64,000 nt of DNA from Eledone cirrhosa (taxonomy: Eukaryota), in NCBI GenBank assembly GCA_964016885.1, contig OZ024746.1:99510001-99574000 (forward strand). The letters run 5' to 3'. Below are positions 1 through 11,925 of this stretch, piece by piece. The notes under the pieces were generated by a model. The model did no database searches and was not told the DNA's origin. It worked only from the letters and a program-made list of their open reading frames with translations. A program made the translations under genes and the position numbers. Each line of letters starts with the position of its first letter. Within the stretch, counting starts at the first letter, position 1.

Positions 1-569
1 TCCTTAAGATTTATCCTCGGAGTTCTTGGGAAGAATGGTTCGGTCTTTTTCTCGATGCCAAGTTTAGACATAATCTCAGAAGCTTCCAAGTTTATAGATC
101 CCAAATTCTCATGGTTAGTTTTACGATAATTCTTCCTAAGTTCCTTAAGGATAAGGTTATTATACTTATCTTTAGATACGCCATATAAATTATTAGTTTT
201 GTCGGAGTGGACTAAGACATTTTTAGAGGAATTAAGGTCCAAAATTGTATTCCTGAGATTTATAAGGTGCTTCTGTCCTCTATAAGGGTTTCTCTTGAAT
301 TTAAGTCCTCTTATAATATTAGTTAGTTCTTCCTCAAACTGTGCTAGATTTTTATTGAAAGGAGGATTTCTTCTAGAGTTAAATACATAATCAATATTGT
401 TACGTTCCTTAGTATAAACATTTCCTTTTAAGCGCTGGTCGTGGAAAAAAGCGATCCATCTAAGCCTTCTCACAAAAGAGTCAGTTTTTTCAATCAGATG
501 TTTAGTGAATTCAGATTTACCAGGGATAGGAATGTCTTTAAGTGAAGTTGTGATGTTGTAATAATCCAT
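1..569 (-). mobile_element. 5' part of a Penelope-like retroelement ORF (probably Naiad clade); runs off the left edge
   Basis: Manual translation from ATG at 569: MDYYNITTSLKDIPIPGKSEFTKHLIEKTDSFVRRLRWIAFFHDQ...YVFNSRRNPP...FEEELTNII...HSDKTNNLY. No stop was seen. It matches the SLKxIPIP / RxRW / DKT N-terminal motifs of PLE ORFs. A hammerhead-bearing pLTR lies just upstream. Confidence 0.85.
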
Positions 570-646
570 GTTATAGAAGAAAATTAGAGACAACGAAGGT
601 ATCCGATATAAGAATTAGCGCTCAAACAGTCGAGGAGCAAGTTAAT

Positions 647-1377
647 GTAGGAGGTGAGTTTTATTGTAGCACAATAAAGTAATGCAAATACGGATAAGTA
701 GCACTCAACAGTTTATAGGACTGGAGTATAAATAATAAAAAATCAATAAATGGTTAAAAGAGTTCCATGTATTTTGTTATGCGCATTTCAAAAACAAATA
801 TCATCATGGGATGACATTTGCGTTCTCATCAGATAAAATAGGGAGACATGATATGAAGCTTAAAAAACACTTGCGAGCAGTGAAGTGTTAAATCAACATA
901 TGAAAAATAAAATAAGATGGATATATGAGATTGGAAAAAAGGAAAGGAAGAGGGGGAAGGAAAAGGTAAGGAAGAGGAAGAAAGAATATAGATAGAAGAA
1001 AAAAATATAATAATAAGGAAGGGATGACGGAGGAGGAGTATAAGAAGGAAGAATGAGAGAGGAGGAGAAAATGAGTGAGAGAGAGAGAGAGAGAGATAAC
1101 CTTTAATACTGAGAAACACTGTCTCACAGAGAAAAATAAAAAAAAAACGTTGTAAGATAATACATAATTTAAAAAATTATAAAATTAACAGTTAATGAGG
1201 TTTATGAATGGTGATGCTTATGATTAAAGAAAAAGGAATTAAGAATACTATTTACTTAAGGTTTATATATTGAACGGTTTTGATTTTATATTATTTATAC
1301 TCCAGTCCTATAAACTGTTGAGTGCTACTTATCCGATATTTGCATTGCTTTATTGTGCTACAATAAAACTCACCTCC

Positions 1378-1380
<3 letters not shown>
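647..1380 (-). mobile_element. PLE pseudo-LTR with inverted terminal duplication (647-745 vs 1279-1380), abutting (TA)n
   Basis: AGGAGGTGAGTTTTATTGTAGCACAATAAAG... at 649 is the reverse complement of 1279-1380. The same pLTR recurs at 24861-26295. Confidence 0.8.
770..840 (-). ncRNA. Type I hammerhead ribozyme, extended stem II
   Basis: Minus strand: TATTTTAT CTGATGA GAACGCAAATGTCATC-CCAT-GATGATATTTGTTTTT GAAA TGCGCA TA ACAAAATA. Palindromic stem III, AUA site. Confidence 0.8.
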
Positions 1381-1434
<54 letters not shown>

Positions 1435-1668
1435 GAGAAGTGAATTTTTCACACGTCGTCCACACGTCGCCAAACACCTATTGCATAACTACAAGGCTCC
1501 GGACTGATTCTTTGTAATTTTATTTTCAACGTAAAAAATTTTCGGACTTTCGCAGTTATCTCCCTGACACCTCTTGCACGTAGTCTAGTATTGCCCGTGT
1601 GCATGACCGGGTTTCTGCGCATGCGCGTTCGTACGGTTGTCCTTCCTATTCCTATAACCATGCCCATT

Positions 1669-1708
1669 CCGAGCTGAAGATCCACTAAGGTGAATCAGTT
1701 GTTCTCGG
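1669..1708 (+). ncRNA. Decayed minimal hammerhead ribozyme
   Basis: CCGAG CTGAAGA TCC-ACTAA-GGT GAAT CAGTTG TT CTCGG. Perfect 5-bp stem I, but GAAA has become GAAT. Confidence 0.55.
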
Positions 1709-1739
1709 TACGGTGAACTAACTGTTGTGTAACCACTTC

Positions 1740-1798
<59 letters not shown>

Positions 1799-1895
1799 TA
1801 TACATATTATATATATATATATATAATATATATATACATATTATATATATATATATATATATAATATATATATACATATTATATATATATATATA

Positions 1896-1926
<31 letters not shown>

Positions 1927-1946
1927 ATATATATATATATACATAT

Positions 1947-1977
<31 letters not shown>

Positions 1978-2114
1978 TATACATATTATATATATATATA
2001 TATAATATATATATACATATTATATATATATATATATATATAATATATATATATACATATTATATATATATATATATATATAATATATATATACATATTA
2101 TATATATATATATA

Positions 2115-2180
<66 letters not shown>

Positions 2181-2436
2181 CATATATATATACATATATA
2201 TATAAACATATATAAACATATAAAAATATATATAGATATATAAACATTTACACATATATATTTATATATAAAAGAAAATTTCGCTCTACATGGCTGAATA
2301 CAATAAATGTAATCTGAGTTTTCGAATATTAATAATAACATTCGATTCGTTTGCAATTATGCAAACAAGCCTCAATGTTATAGCCATGTCAGTAGAATGA
2401 ACACTTCATTCTTGCTCTTGTGTTGGCATGCGAACA

Positions 2437-2493
2437 GAACTGCAGACAATAATGTTTCTGGGTATTACCCTTCATCAGTACAGCTCACAGTTC
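2437..2493 (-). ncRNA. Type I hammerhead ribozyme
   Basis: Minus strand: CTGTA CTGATGA AGGGT-AAT-ACCCA GAAA CATTATTG TC TGCAG (GUC site). Confidence 0.8.
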
Positions 2494-2786
2494 ACCTGCC
2501 AAACTGTCAGAGCTAGTGAAAATATATGCTATTTTCAAAAATATACAGTGACTGATCGGCCTGATTTGCATATTAGCAGACTGGCTGATCAGTCATATCT
2601 ACATATTAGCAGATCCACTGATCAGCCAGATTTGCATATCAGCAGACTGGCCAGTCAGTTTCCTGTATACGAGCGATAAATGGCCGGCTTTGGCAAATTC
2701 AAATCAATATGCAAATCAGGCCGATCAGTCACTGTGTACTTTTGAAAATAGCATATATTTTCACTAGCTATGACAGTTTGGCAGGT

Positions 2787-2843
2787 GAACTGTGACATGT
2801 ACTGATGAAGGGTAATACCCAGAAACATTATTGTCTGCAGTTC
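2787..2843 (+). ncRNA. Type I hammerhead ribozyme (inverted partner of 2437-2493)
   Basis: TGTA CTGATGA AGGGTAATACCCA GAAA CATTATTG TC TGCA. Confidence 0.78.
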
Positions 2844-2945
2844 TGTTCGCATGCCAACACAAGAGCAAGAAGAAGTGTTCATTCTACTGACATGACTTTA
2901 AAATTGAGGCTTCTTTGCATAATTGCAAACGAATCAAATGTTATT

Positions 2946-3135
2946 GGTGGATTGGCAGTATCGGTAGAGAGTCGGACACTATGCTTTGCAGCATAGAGTT
3001 ACGGCTCTTTATGATCTGAGTTCAAATCCCACCGAGGTTAACTTTGCTTTTCATCCTTATGAGGTCGATAAAATAAAGTACCAGTAATACACTGGGATAA
3101 TTGCTGGTCTTGTGCCAAAAGTAGAAACAATTATT
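2946..3135 (+). mobile_element. tRNA-derived SINE
   Basis: A-box-like TGGCAGTATCGG, B box GAGTTCAAATCC, body GGTCGATAAAATAAAGTACCAGT shared with more than 12 copies in the window. Confidence 0.85.
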
Positions 3136-3207
3136 AATATTCGAAAAACTCAGATTATATATATATATATATATATGTATATAATACATAAACATATACA
3201 AATATAT

Positions 3208-3242
<35 letters not shown>

Positions 3243-3318
3243 AACATATACATATATACCTATATGTATAAATACGTCGAAACGGCTTGAGCTCTGCCGT
3301 CGGTGTCTTGAACATTTT

Positions 3319-3435
<117 letters not shown>

Positions 3436-4105
3436 GTGGGGGAGAATTGATTAGCATATGCGTACTTCCAAAGAATTGCGTTACTGGGTTTCTAATAGCA
3501 ACGCATTCAAATGATTGTTCAGATCAATGCATAAAGTCGTGATCGAGAGCCAGTAACAAAAAAGTAAAAGGCTATTACCATTGAGCGAGATGATTAAAAG
3601 TCTCTCCACACTAGAGATGGGAAATAATCAGATGATTAGTTATTCGATTTGGTAAACTGAACTTCAGATTAAGATTATAGTATATTAGTGATAGTGAAAG
3701 AGATAGGGAATGTTGAAATAATTACAGTACGGTTGAGATAACAATACCACAACGAACTAAATTATATATGACGTCCCTCTACATGAGCTGTGCAGAAACT
3801 TTGAACAAACCTCATACGATTGGCTATCACAAATGTAGCTTTATTGTTATTCTACCGCTCCGATCTAGGTGTAGATTCTGTCACCCTCTTCCTTTCCCCC
3901 TGTCTTTCTTCTGCGGCCCACGAGTCCTTGTTTCTGCCCCCATTTTCCTCTCACTTATGGTATTTACAGTCCTCTACTTAACTTTCCTATACAATCAGAT
4001 CTGCCCTTCCAGAAAAAAAAAATGGATTTGCCCGTCTCAAATTATTAATTATCCAAGTGTTGTAGTTTGCTTGAAGTATTGTTGAATAGGAAATATAAAT
4101 TTAAA

Positions 4106-4278
4106 TACCTTATTTCCCGGCGCCGAAGACGCTTCGTCCTCGAGAACATAAACTAATTTTGACAAACAAAAATTTCCCCAAAAATTAATAAACAACCTTC
4201 GGCCTCCAGGACGCATGGTAGATTTTTGAGACTTATTTTAGGAAAAAAGTAGCGTCTTTGACACCGGGAAATACGGTA
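4106..4278. mobile_element. Tc1/mariner-type MITE
   Basis: Terminal inverted repeats TACC(T)TATTTCCCGG ... CCGGGAAATACGGTA with TA ends; no coding capacity. Confidence 0.65.
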
Positions 4279-5024
4279 ATTTCAAAAGTCTTACAATGTA
4301 TTAGAAAATTAAAGGTGATAAGATAACGATAGAATTTTACCTTAGCAAATTTAATTATCCCAGATATTTTCAGGTTTAAAAACCCATTATCAAGGGAGTA
4401 TCCCTGTGGAGGTCTTAAAGGGCCAGTAGGGGATGACTTGTTGTTAGGATTGTAGATTTAATCTATATTTAGATTTAATTTAATTTAAACTAATTATCCA
4501 TTTTGTGAAACCAAGAAAATACCTTTTATACGTACAAAGATAAAATCAATTTTGTATTTGTTTATCCCACTATAGAGAATATCTTTAGGGCAATAGATTG
4601 TCAGAATTGTTACAGCATTGGACAATGCTTTGCGCTATTTCGGTTACTTAAGTTTTGACTTATAATCTTTCATCCTTCCGAGGTCAATAAAATAAAATAG
4701 CAGTGAAGTACCGGCATCGATATAATCGACTTTCTCCTTCCCCAAAATTGCTGGCCTTGTGCCTAAATTATAAACCCCAACCCCTTTTTTCATTACTTGA
4801 TTTTGTCTTTATCCTTTTTTATAATATTTCCATCATTGTATAACTTTTGTTCAATAAATACAAGCATGTACTTTTTACTAATACATTAATAGACTTCTAT
4901 AAGTTTTCATGCAGATTCTACTCCATTTTCTCTGACGAAATAGAAATGTATATTTCTAAATGTCCTGAAGTCTAGACCCAGAATTATACCTCTCGAATAT
5001 TATACATTGCATATGGGAATTAAT

Positions 5025-5465
5025 AGTTTCTGATTTAGGCACAAGGCCAATAATTTGGGGGGAAGGGGAAAGTCGATTAAATCGACCCCAGTATGTTACT
5101 GGTACTTTACTTTATCGACCCCGTAAGGATGAAAGGCGAAGTTAGCCTCGACCGGATTTGAAATCAGACCGTAACTCTATGACGCAAAGCAGAGTGTCCG
5201 ATGCTCTACCGATTCTGCCAATCCACCGCCCTGCATATGAGGAATAATAGTTTCTGATTTAGGCACAAGGCCAATAATTTTGGTGGGGGTGGGAAAGTCA
5301 CTTACATCGACACCAGTACATTACTGGTACTTTATTTTATCGACCCCGTAATGATGCATGGCAAAGCTAACCTCGGCAGGATGTGAACTCAGAAAGTAAA
5401 GCGCAGTAACTATATGCCGGAAAGCATTTTGCCGACGTTCTACTGACACTGCCAATCCACCGCCC
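5025..5465 (-). mobile_element. Two tandem copies of the tRNA-derived SINE
   Basis: Two ~220-bp units, each TTTCTGATTTAGGCACAAGG...GCCAATCCACCGCC, with a repeated TGCATATG flank. Confidence 0.8.
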
Positions 5466-5676
5466 TGCATATGAGAAATAATGCTTCAGAAATCACAGTA
5501 AAAGTCTAATCATATTAATAAGCATTAACGAAATAGAATTAACCAAAAATATAATATATCAAGTGCAGCGTGTATGTTAAAACCAGAGTCCTGTCTTGTT
5601 CTTGGATTTACATTTAAATGTATTCAAATTCCTTTATATGACTAATAGCTTTTGGAAACGGTATTGTGGATCTACG

Positions 5677-7520
5677 GGCGGCGAATTGGGAGAAGAATCG
5701 TTAGAACATCAGATAGAATGGTAGAGTGGTTAGAACATCAGATAGAATGGTAGAGTGGTTAGAACATCAGATAGAATGGTAGAGTGGTTAGAACATCAGA
5801 TAGAATGGTAGAGTGGTTAGAACATCAGATAGACTGGTAGAGTGGTTAGAACGTCAGATAGAATGGTAGAGTGGTTAGAACATCAGATAGAATGGTAGAG
5901 TGGTTAGAACGTCAGATAGAATGGTAGAGTGGTTAGAACGTCAGATAGAATGGTAGAGTGGTTAGAACATCAGATAGAATGGTAGAGTGGTTAGAACGTC
6001 AGATAGAATGGTAGAGTGGTTAGAACGTCAGATAGAATGGTAGAGTGGTTAGAACGTCAGATAGAATGGTAGAGTGGTTAGAACGCCAGATAGAATGGTA
6101 GAGTGGTTAGAACGTCAGATAGAATGGTAGAGTGGTTAGAACGTCAGATAGAATGGTAGAGTGGTTAGAACGTCAGATAGAATGGTAGAGTAGTTAGAAC
6201 GTCAGATAGAATGGTAGAGTGGTTAGAACGTCAGATAGAATGGTAGAGTGGTTAGAACGTCAGATAGAATGGTAGAGTGGTTAGAACATCAGATAGAATG
6301 GTAGAGTGGTTAGAACGTCAGATAGAATGGTAGAGTGGTTAGAACGTCAGATAGAATGGTAGAGTGGTTAGAACGTCAGATAGAATGGTAGAGTGGTTAG
6401 AACGCCAGATAGAATGGTAGAGTGGTTAGAACGTCAGATAGAATGGTAGAGTGGTTAGAACGTCAGATAGAATGGTAGAGTGGTTAGAACGTCAGATAGA
6501 ATGGTAGAGTAGTTAGAACGTCAGATAGAATGGTAGAGTGGTTAGAACGTCAGATAGAATGGTAGAGTGGTTAGAACGTCAGATAGAATGGTAGAGTGGT
6601 TAGAACATCAGATAGAATGGTAGAGTGGTTAGAACGTCAGATAGAATGGTAGAGTGGTTAGAACGCCAGATAGAATGGTAGAGTGGTTAGAACGTCAGAT
6701 AGAATGGTAGAGTGGTTAGAACGTCAGATAGAATGGTAGAGTGGTTAGAACGTCAGATAGAATGGTAGAGTGGTTAGAACGCCAGATAGAATGGTAGAGT
6801 GGTTAGAACGTCAGATAGAATGGTAGAGTGGTTAGAACGTCAGATAGAATGGTAGGGTGGTTAGAACGTCAGATAGAATGGTAGAGTGGTTAGAACGTCA
6901 GATAGAATGGTAGAGTCTTTAGAACGTCAGATAGAATGGTAGAGTAGTTAGAACGTCAGATAGAATGGTAGAGTGGTTAAAACGTCAGATAGAATGGTAG
7001 TGTGGTTAGAACGTCAGGTAGAATGGTAGAGTGGTTAGAACGTCTGATCGAATGGTAGAGTGGTTAGAACGTCAGATAGAATGGTAGAGTCGTTAGAACG
7101 TCAGATAGAATGGTAGAGTGGTTAGAACGTCAGATAGAATTGCAGAGTGGTTAGAACGTCAGATAGAATGGTAGAGTGGTTAGAACGTCAGATAGAATGG
7201 TAGAGTGGTTAGAACGTCAGATAGAATGCTTTGTGGTATTCTTTTCCGATCTCTGCTCTCTGAGTTCAAATCCCGCCGAGGTCAACTTTGCCTTTCAACC
7301 ATTCGAGGTAGATAAAAAAAAGTACCAGTCTAGTACTGGGGTCGATTCTTCCTCTATATCTCTTTCTCACTTCCATTTTCTCACTTTCTATATCCTCCAC
7401 TGGACGAAATCTGGTGTATTCAATCCTGGAGAGGAGATGGACTCAGCCAAGTTTTAAAATGCCCTAGGGGGGTCCGTATGGTGCCCTTACGACTCTCTCG
7501 GGAGTTACGGGACCATGCAT
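5677..7520 (+). mobile_element. SINE whose tRNA head has been expanded by an internal 29-bp tandem array
   Basis: SINE 5' end GGGCGGCGAATTGG at 5677; array 5699-7228; B box GAGTTCAAATCC at 7262; same body and tail as the unexpanded copy at 17175-17505. Confidence 0.85.
5699..7228 (+). repeat. 29-bp minisatellite, about 52 copies (GTTAGAACGTCAGATAGAATGGTAGAGTG)
   Basis: Tandem repeat read directly. Confidence 0.95.
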
Positions 7521-7617
7521 GCATTGTTGACGGAAGTTGAATGGAAACATTTACAACCATCTTTCATATCATCTTAATCATCTACATTTATGAGAAATTC
7601 AAATAAGCAACACTTAC

Positions 7618-7717
7618 CAGCCATCGAAGGACCACAATCCATTGTAAAATGCCAATGCAATTATTGATGGATCGGTTATAGTGTCTTCAAATCCTTCTAA
7701 AATATATTCCGTGTTTC
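7618..7717 (-). CDS. Internal coding exon of an SLC7-family light-chain amino-acid transporter (SLC7A9/b(0,+)AT-like)
   Basis: Acceptor TTTTTTTCATTTCCTTCTCAG and donor TG|GTAAGT bound 100 bp. It translates (G)NTEYILEGFEDTITDPSIIALAFYNGLWSFDG(W), matching the LAT-family TM6 motif LAFYNGLWxxDGW. The exact paralogue cannot be assigned from one exon. Confidence 0.9.
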
Positions 7718-7775
7718 CTGAGAAGGAAATGAAAAAAAGTAAATTAGATATTAATTTATTAGAAATATCAATTTA

Positions 7776-8207
7776 AATATGGTCATGAATCTTAGGTAAT
7801 GACCGAAAGAATACGATCGTGAATACAAGCAGCCGAAATGGGATTCCTCCGAAGGGTCTTTGGAGTAACGCTACTCGATAGAGTGTGTAGCTCGGAGATC
7901 AGAAAGTCACTCCAGGTAGAGCCGCTACTTCTCCAAATTGAGAGATCACAGCTCCGATATTATGGGGTTAGAATATCTCAGTTAAGAATTGCTGGACATA
8001 TTTTGCGTGCAAAACCAACCGGCAAGAGACCCCGGGAAAAGATGGTTGGATAAGATAACATCCATGAGCTTGGCTGGTCACGCTTGGGTATCTAGCGGGA
8101 TCAGGTGGAGATGGGTGCTTCTGACAGGACACGCAGGAGGGGGTGTTTGAGGACTTTGCTCCCATGACCCCAAGAAGAAGAAGAAGAAGAAGAAGAAGAA
8201 GAAGAAG
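7776..8207 (+). mobile_element. 3' fragment of an RTE-clade LINE with (GAA)n tail
   Basis: AAEMGFLRRVFGVTLLDRVCSSEIRKSLQVEPLLLQIERSQLRYYG...KRPR followed by a GAA repeat. Confidence 0.85.
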
Positions 8208-8533
8208 ATTAATGGGAACTGGCTCTCATGCATGTTTCAAAATAGTAGGATGGTTTTGATAAAAATTAACTGTATGAATTGGATCAAAAAAATAAAACGT
8301 TCTTAGAATTATTATTTCAAAATTATCGATACCTACAAAAATTACCATGATGATAAAAAATCGATCATGACTGTTTATGGTTTATTGAAAAAGGAAACCA
8401 TTAGATATAATTGGTCTTGGCTACAGTTTCGAATTCTCATCACATGAATTAATTTGCATATATATGATTTTGTTCGGCAATCGTTAAGAAATTACGTTTC
8501 ACGAATACGGCCTGAAATTTAACGATATATGCA

Positions 8534-8700
8534 TTTTGTTTATCCAATGATATATGGTATGTTTACAAATAAACATTTAAAAGCCTTTAGCTATGAATTC
8601 TGGAAGCTGATAATGTAGCGCCACCAGCTTCCAAAATTCATAGCTAAAGGCTTTAAATGTTTATATGTAAATATAGCCTATATCATTAGATATTCAAAAT
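8534..8700. repeat. Imperfect palindrome (fold-back or MITE remnant)
   Basis: AAGCCTTTAGCTATGAATT..GGAAGCTG / CAGCTTCC..AATTCATAGCTAAAGGCTT. Confidence 0.7.
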
Positions 8701-8789
8701 ACACATACGTATATGTGTTCAGCTATGTTGGAGCGAATATTTAATTAAATAAACGAAATATATTTATTTCCGCTTTATGCTCTACTGAC

Positions 8790-8925
8790 ACAGTGGTTAG
8801 AGAATTGGATTCACAATCATGAGATTGTGAGCTAGATTCCCGATCCGGACGATGCGTTATGTCCTTGAGCAAGACATTTTATTTCACGATGCTCCTTCTA
8901 CCTGGATTTGCCACCGGTAAATAGT
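8790..8925 (+). mobile_element. Decayed tRNA-derived CORE-type SINE
   Basis: GTGGTTAGAG head followed by TGTCCTTGAGCAAGACATTTTATTTCAC, a CORE-like segment. Confidence 0.55.
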
Positions 8926-9424
8926 ATTAGCAATTAGAAAGACAGATGGAAACATTATTTCCTTGGTCCAGTTTGACGAGCTCCACCCCACTCGTGAAGC
9001 GAATGAGGTCTGGAATCTTGTTGATTGATTGTTTATATAAGCTATTTTCTTATGGTACCCTGACGGATATCAGACGAATTCTAAAAGTAACAAAGCAATT
9101 TGATACTAGCGATAGGTTTGACACCTTTATTAAGGCGCCAAGATATTTGGGTGTACATCACTTGTGTTTTATTCTACAGTAAGACTATATGTTCGAAATT
9201 CATGTTGACGTTATAGGTGGAGCAACATACTTTGCGGCATATAGTTATTCAAATCACATCGAGGTTAGGTTTGCCTTTCATCCTTGTGGGATCGATAGAT
9301 AAAGCACTAGTAATGCACTGGGGTTGATTTAATCGACTTTCCCTTCTCCAGGCGTTGTGCCTCAATCAGAAAGCAATATTTTTCGTATAGTAACAGGGGT
9401 TCTGTCTTGGCTACCTACGCTCCT

Positions 9425-9505
9425 ATCAGAGGGACGATTACTCAACACTAATCGGAGGGACGATTACTCAACACTAATCGGAGGGACGATTACTCAACAC
9501 TATCA
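9425..9505 (+). repeat. 26-bp unit x3
   Basis: ATCRGAGGGACGATTACTCAACACTA repeated. Confidence 0.85.
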
Positions 9506-9574
9506 GGAATCGTACTCATAAACTAAGAATCATATTCGATGCTCCATCAATTCCGCCACTCAACGCCCTTACAG

Positions 9575-10015
9575 TAATAATTGTTTCTATGTTTGGCAGA
9601 AGGGCAGGAAATTGCAGGGAAAGGAAAAGTCGGATAAATCTTCCCCAGTACTTTATTTTATCGACCCCATAAGGTTGAAAGGCAAAGCCAACAGCAGCTG
9701 GATTTGAACACAGGACGTAAAGGGCCATAACTCTATGCCATGAAACAGGGTGTCGACGCTCTACTGCACTGTCAATCCACCACCCCTACCTTAATAATGG
9801 TTTTTGATTCAGACATAAGGACATCTATTTTGGGGAGAGGGGAAAGTCGATTAAATCGACTCCAATGCATTACTGGGACTTTATTTTATCGACCCCGTAA
9901 GGATGAAGGGCAAAGCCAATCTCGGCTGGATTTGAACTTAGAACGTAAAGGGACGTAACTCTATTCTGGAAAGCATGGCGTCCGACCCTATTCTGATACT
10001 GCCAACTCACCGCCT
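9575..10015 (-). mobile_element. Two tandem tRNA-SINE copies
   Basis: Reverse-complement SINE body (CTTTATTTTATCGACCCC..GGATTTGAAC) occurs twice. Confidence 0.75.
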
Positions 10016-10084
10016 TACCCTAATAATAATTATAATTATGAAAACGAATTCTCATGAAACTACTAAGTCTGTGAAGTCTAAGGT

Positions 10085-10330
10085 CTGTCTCGGGCCCGGG
10101 GACTCATCAGGCCCGTACTTATCCCGGTTTCCGTGGTATGAAATGACTCACAGTACAAGACTTCCCCTGGACAGGACACCAGTCCATTGCAGGGTTAAAT
10201 CCCCTGATATTGCTGGTACTCATTTTCACCTAAGTATACTGATGTAACGCAAAATGAAATGTTTTGCTGAAGAACACAACGCATAAGCCGGTCCCACGAT
10301 ATCATGATCGTAAGTCCAACACCACTTGAG
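10085..10330 (-). mobile_element. SINE of a second family (Nin/Deu-domain-like)
   Basis: CCCCTGGACAGGACACCAGTCCATTGCAGG...GCTGGTACTCATTT resembles the conserved central SINE domain (recalled motif). Confidence 0.55.
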
Positions 10331-11099
10331 CAAAATATACATACGATTATATGGACCCCTAGTAGTTCACTGGTACTTATTATATCTACCTTCAGAAGGA
10401 TGGAATGAGAATTGCACCCAGAAACCAGGGCTTCCAAGCGAAACTTTGCAAGGCTGTACAAAAACCCCTTTGGAGCCTGAAGCAGGCAAATAATTTTCTC
10501 AAAATGGATGATGCATAGTTGCTGTGGGACCTTCTTAGCTCTTGAGCCTCAGAACAAAGTACCAGTTGGACCCCGCTTCTCTAGGCCCTGTCTAGAATGC
10601 AAAGGAACGTAATGAAATACCACAAGGAACTTTTTCATAGCACTGCCGTTACAAGTATGCATTGCTCTTACGATAAAAATAAATATAATCTCAACAAACA
10701 TCGTGAAGAATGCCATAAAATCCCTATGGCTAGAATACGTGATCTGTTTTCTATCTCGTTTGAATTGTGCAGTTAACATACATCTCCTAATTCTACGACT
10801 CCAACAAATGTTGACCTTATGCTAAACTAATTCTTATCTTTTGCTAACAACATAATAAACGTATTTCCTTTATACGAGGTGAATAACATTGTAAACTACG
10901 CTGCAAATGTGTTAAAAATGAATCAGATATAGAATCAAGAAGATGTACACACACGCACGCGACATAAATATATATACATACCCCCCCACACACATATATA
11001 TGTATATATATATATATATGTATGTATATATTTACATATATATAAATGTGTATGTATATATATATATGTGTATGTATGTATATATGTATGTATATATAT

Positions 11100-11708
11100 G
11101 TCAGGTCACCAGTTGGTGCTACTGGTAACATGTATCCCAGTACAACCTGTCTCATGGTCGGGTCGTTGGCGACTAAACTGGCAACCCCACCAAGGTTTCT
11201 TGGTGAGGAGGGTGACTTTGGACATCCTGCAGGACTAAAAACAAAACCTGTCAAAGGGCAAAGGAGCTCTTAAGAGTCAATAGCCATCCAAAATCACCGG
11301 GAGAGATGACCCCTTAACCTTTGTCAAGGCAGAATTCTAGGAGAAGGAAAACTCTGATATAACACTTGCAACCCTGATGGTATCCAATGATGTTGACTTG
11401 TTCTTCTTTTTGGTAAATATCATCTTGGTTAAGAGAGTGGGACTGGCTTTGTGCAGTGCCTTTGCTCACTATAAAAGCTTCACGGCACAGGAATTGCTTT
11501 ATATCTGGAGATCTCTCTGCACTTGTCGTCACATGGTACCATGGGCCCAGCACTATGTGTCAATAATTGTCACAAGTGTAGTGTTTGTACCAGAGTTTTC
11601 AAGTCGCTGGCTGGACTAAAAGTCACACTTGTTTAGTGCATCGGTAGGGGTTCTCCTACATGGATATAAAGTAGTGGCCGTACTCGAAAACAAGTTGGCA
11701 GCCACCAT
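11100..11708 (+). mobile_element. Internally deleted (bipartite) RTE-derived non-autonomous element
   Basis: RTE-like 5'UTR (GGCGACTAAACTGGCAACCCC; CTAGGAGAAGGAAAACTCTGA) joined to a C-terminal zinc-finger remnant (CSVCTRVFKSLAGLKS). Flanked by TA microsatellite. Confidence 0.55.
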
Positions 11709-11709
11709 G

Positions 11710-11745
<36 letters not shown>

Positions 11746-11925
11746 AACTTTCACAAGGCTAACTGGAAAAACGGTGACAAGTATATTAATGTGCACAGAC
11801 ACACAGATATATTGCCCTTGGTATGACAGTGTGGTTTTACCTCAATGTAGGATAACTAGTATACTACAGAGCCGTTATGAGTTTAGGAATAACCAAAGAG
11901 TGCTTAGAAATACATTATTTTATTT

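Larger units (their letters stand above)
2340..2945. repeat. Fold-back pair of PLE-pLTR-like arms (about 2340-2575 and 2705-2945)
   Basis: The arms are reverse complements and give near-identical ORF-track peptides on opposite strands. A related copy lies at 36930-37785. Confidence 0.85.

Noticed and set aside
10085-10118. CTGATGAGTCCC...GAGAC on the minus strand as a hammerhead
   Set aside because: GAGA instead of GAAA and no stem I or III; part of a SINE 3' region.
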